36,733 bases of DNA from Candidatus Undinarchaeota archaeon (GTDB lineage: Archaea; SpSt-1190; JASMDC01). A program made the position numbers and the translations under genes. A model generated the notes under the pieces. That model was not told where the DNA came from, ran no database searches, and saw only the letters and a list, made by a program, of their open reading frames with translations. Each line of letters opens with the position of its first letter. The first letter of the stretch is position 1. Below are positions 35,583-36,733 of this stretch, in pieces. The stretch lies in NCBI GenBank assembly GCA_964519305.1, contig CAZFHY010000020.1:21833-58565 (forward strand), given 5' to 3'.

Positions 35583-36733
35583 ACGTGGTGTACGATCTCG
35601 ACCTTGACACGGAGGCCTACGGGCGCGCGGACGCGGCCGACGGTTACTCCCAGGCCGAGGACCTCTCCTCCAAGAACACCGCTGGTGTCGTGCTGACCGC
35701 CGTGGGTTTCGGTCTCTTCGGTCTCATCAGGCTCACCCAGCACAGCAATGAGATGGACACCGAAGCCGAGCAGGTTGCGGCCAAGTACACCAAGGTCTCA
35801 CCGGACCAGGCCGAGTACGTCATGGACCGCATCTCAGGATCGTTCTCCATCGACGATGATCCTGCCGAGCTGGCCCAGCGCACCGATGAGCTCTTCTCGA
35901 CGTTCACCTCGCATGGCTACTCCGGTAACCATGTCACCTTCCTCCTCGACTACTCGATGGACAAGGGCATGTCGGTCGACGAGGCCGTCACCTACATGAC
36001 TGCAAAGGCGCCCACTGAGGTGCTCCATACCGTCTATATGGAGGCCGGTGAGAAGATCATCACCGACGCCATCACCCGCAGCGCATCCAATGTGGACTCG
36101 CTGGAGGACGCCACTGCATTCTCGCACACGCTCATCGACAAGATGGTCCAGCAGGACTACCTCCAGACACCGCAGAACATGGCGAACCTCATCTCCAACG
36201 TTGCCCGGTACGCCGATGTCAAGCCATCCAGCGGCGAGCTCATAGAAGCGGTGACCACCCTGGGCGCTGCCGGTGCACGGGACGGGTTCACCCTCAGTGA
36301 GGCCGTGAACGTGCTCACCACCCTGGACGGTAAGAAGGACACCGGTACCGACGGTGCAGCCTCGCTCGTGGAGAACTCCGTCAAGGTCATGGATGCGGCT
36401 CACGAGAACGGCGTGTCCCCCAACGACGCAGTCGCGCTTATCTACGACGTGGATCGGTTCGAGGACATGGGGAGCGACACGGCCACCCGCCTGGCCGAGA
36501 ACTCCGTCAAGCTCATGGAAGGCATGAAGGAGTACGGCCTCTCCAAGGGCGATGTCACACAGGTGCTGGATGCCGTGAAGTGGGACGACACCAGCTGCTC
36601 GTCCGACGTCACGACCACCGAGGCGCTGCGGATCATGCAGGGCATGAAGGAGTACGGCATCTCCCGCACTGACGCCGTGGAGGTCATCCGTGGTGTGGAC
36701 GGGTTCGAGGACCACGGGAACCAGTCCGCCACC
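35579..36733 (+). CDS. Acidic helical-repeat protein (paralog B), runs off the right edge (>=385 aa)
   Basis: Not in the ORF track. GTGA overlaps the previous stop. MNVVYDLDLDTEAYG..EDLSSKNTAGVVLTAVGFGLFGLI..VSPDQAEYVM..HGYSGN..FLLDY aligns with paralog A. The frame is open to the window end. Confidence 0.88.
   Translation, partial: MNVVYDLDLDTEAYGRADAADGYSQAEDLSSKNTAGVVLTAVGFGLFGLIRLTQHSNEMDTEAEQVAAKYTKVSPDQAEYVMDRISGSFSIDDDPAELAQRTDELFSTFTSHGYSGNHVTFLLDYSMDKGMSVDEAVTYMTAKAPTEVLHTVYMEAGEKIITDAITRSASNVDSLEDATAFSHTLIDKMVQQDYLQTPQNMANLISNVARYADVKPSSGELIEAVTTLGAAGARDGFTLSEAVNVLTTLDGKKDTGTDGAASLVENSVKVMDAAHENGVSPNDAVALIYDVDRFEDMGSDTATRLAENSVKLMEGMKEYGLSKGDVTQVLDAVKWDDTSCSSDVTTTEALRIMQGMKEYGISRTDAVEVIRGVDGFEDHGNQSAT

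Overview
GC-rich archaeal chromosomal window. Evidence for archaeal origin: class III prepilin-type signal peptides, PINA, DacZ, a UPF0282-type MBL hydrolase, TATA-box promoters and a tRNA without encoded CCA. The lineage cannot be fixed from sequence alone, although the 'QxxMEFLxTYG' signal type is typical of DPANN-like archaea. The left end holds two giant class III signal (pilin-like) surface proteins with FG-GAP propellers; one also has a PKD domain and 13 tandem ~87-aa beta-sandwich repeats. Housekeeping genes are a LarA-family racemase, MBL hydrolase, PINA, dacZ, tRNA-Arg(CCT), an AOR-family oxidoreductase, dus, argG, argH and a DRG-type GTPase. These are interleaved with acidic accessory genes: a divergent G1PDH-like enzyme; a HExxH peptidase / nucleoside phosphorylase / radical SAM operon; a GCS2-like carboxylate-amine ligase whose real N-terminus has no canonical in-frame start, followed by two gamma-glutamylcyclotransferases; an orphan HipA/PI3K-like kinase; and an operon of a barrel-less PEP-synthase-like dikinase, a coiled-coil protein, a glycine-zipper membrane protein and two paralogous 41-aa helical-repeat proteins. 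Several accessory loci share upstream DNA motifs, and some share an N-terminal peptide motif, which suggests a co-regulated, uncharacterised system. Two real genes (1..2513 minus, 35579..36733 plus) run off the window and are absent from the ORF track. No CRISPR array, rRNA, integrase or transposase was seen.
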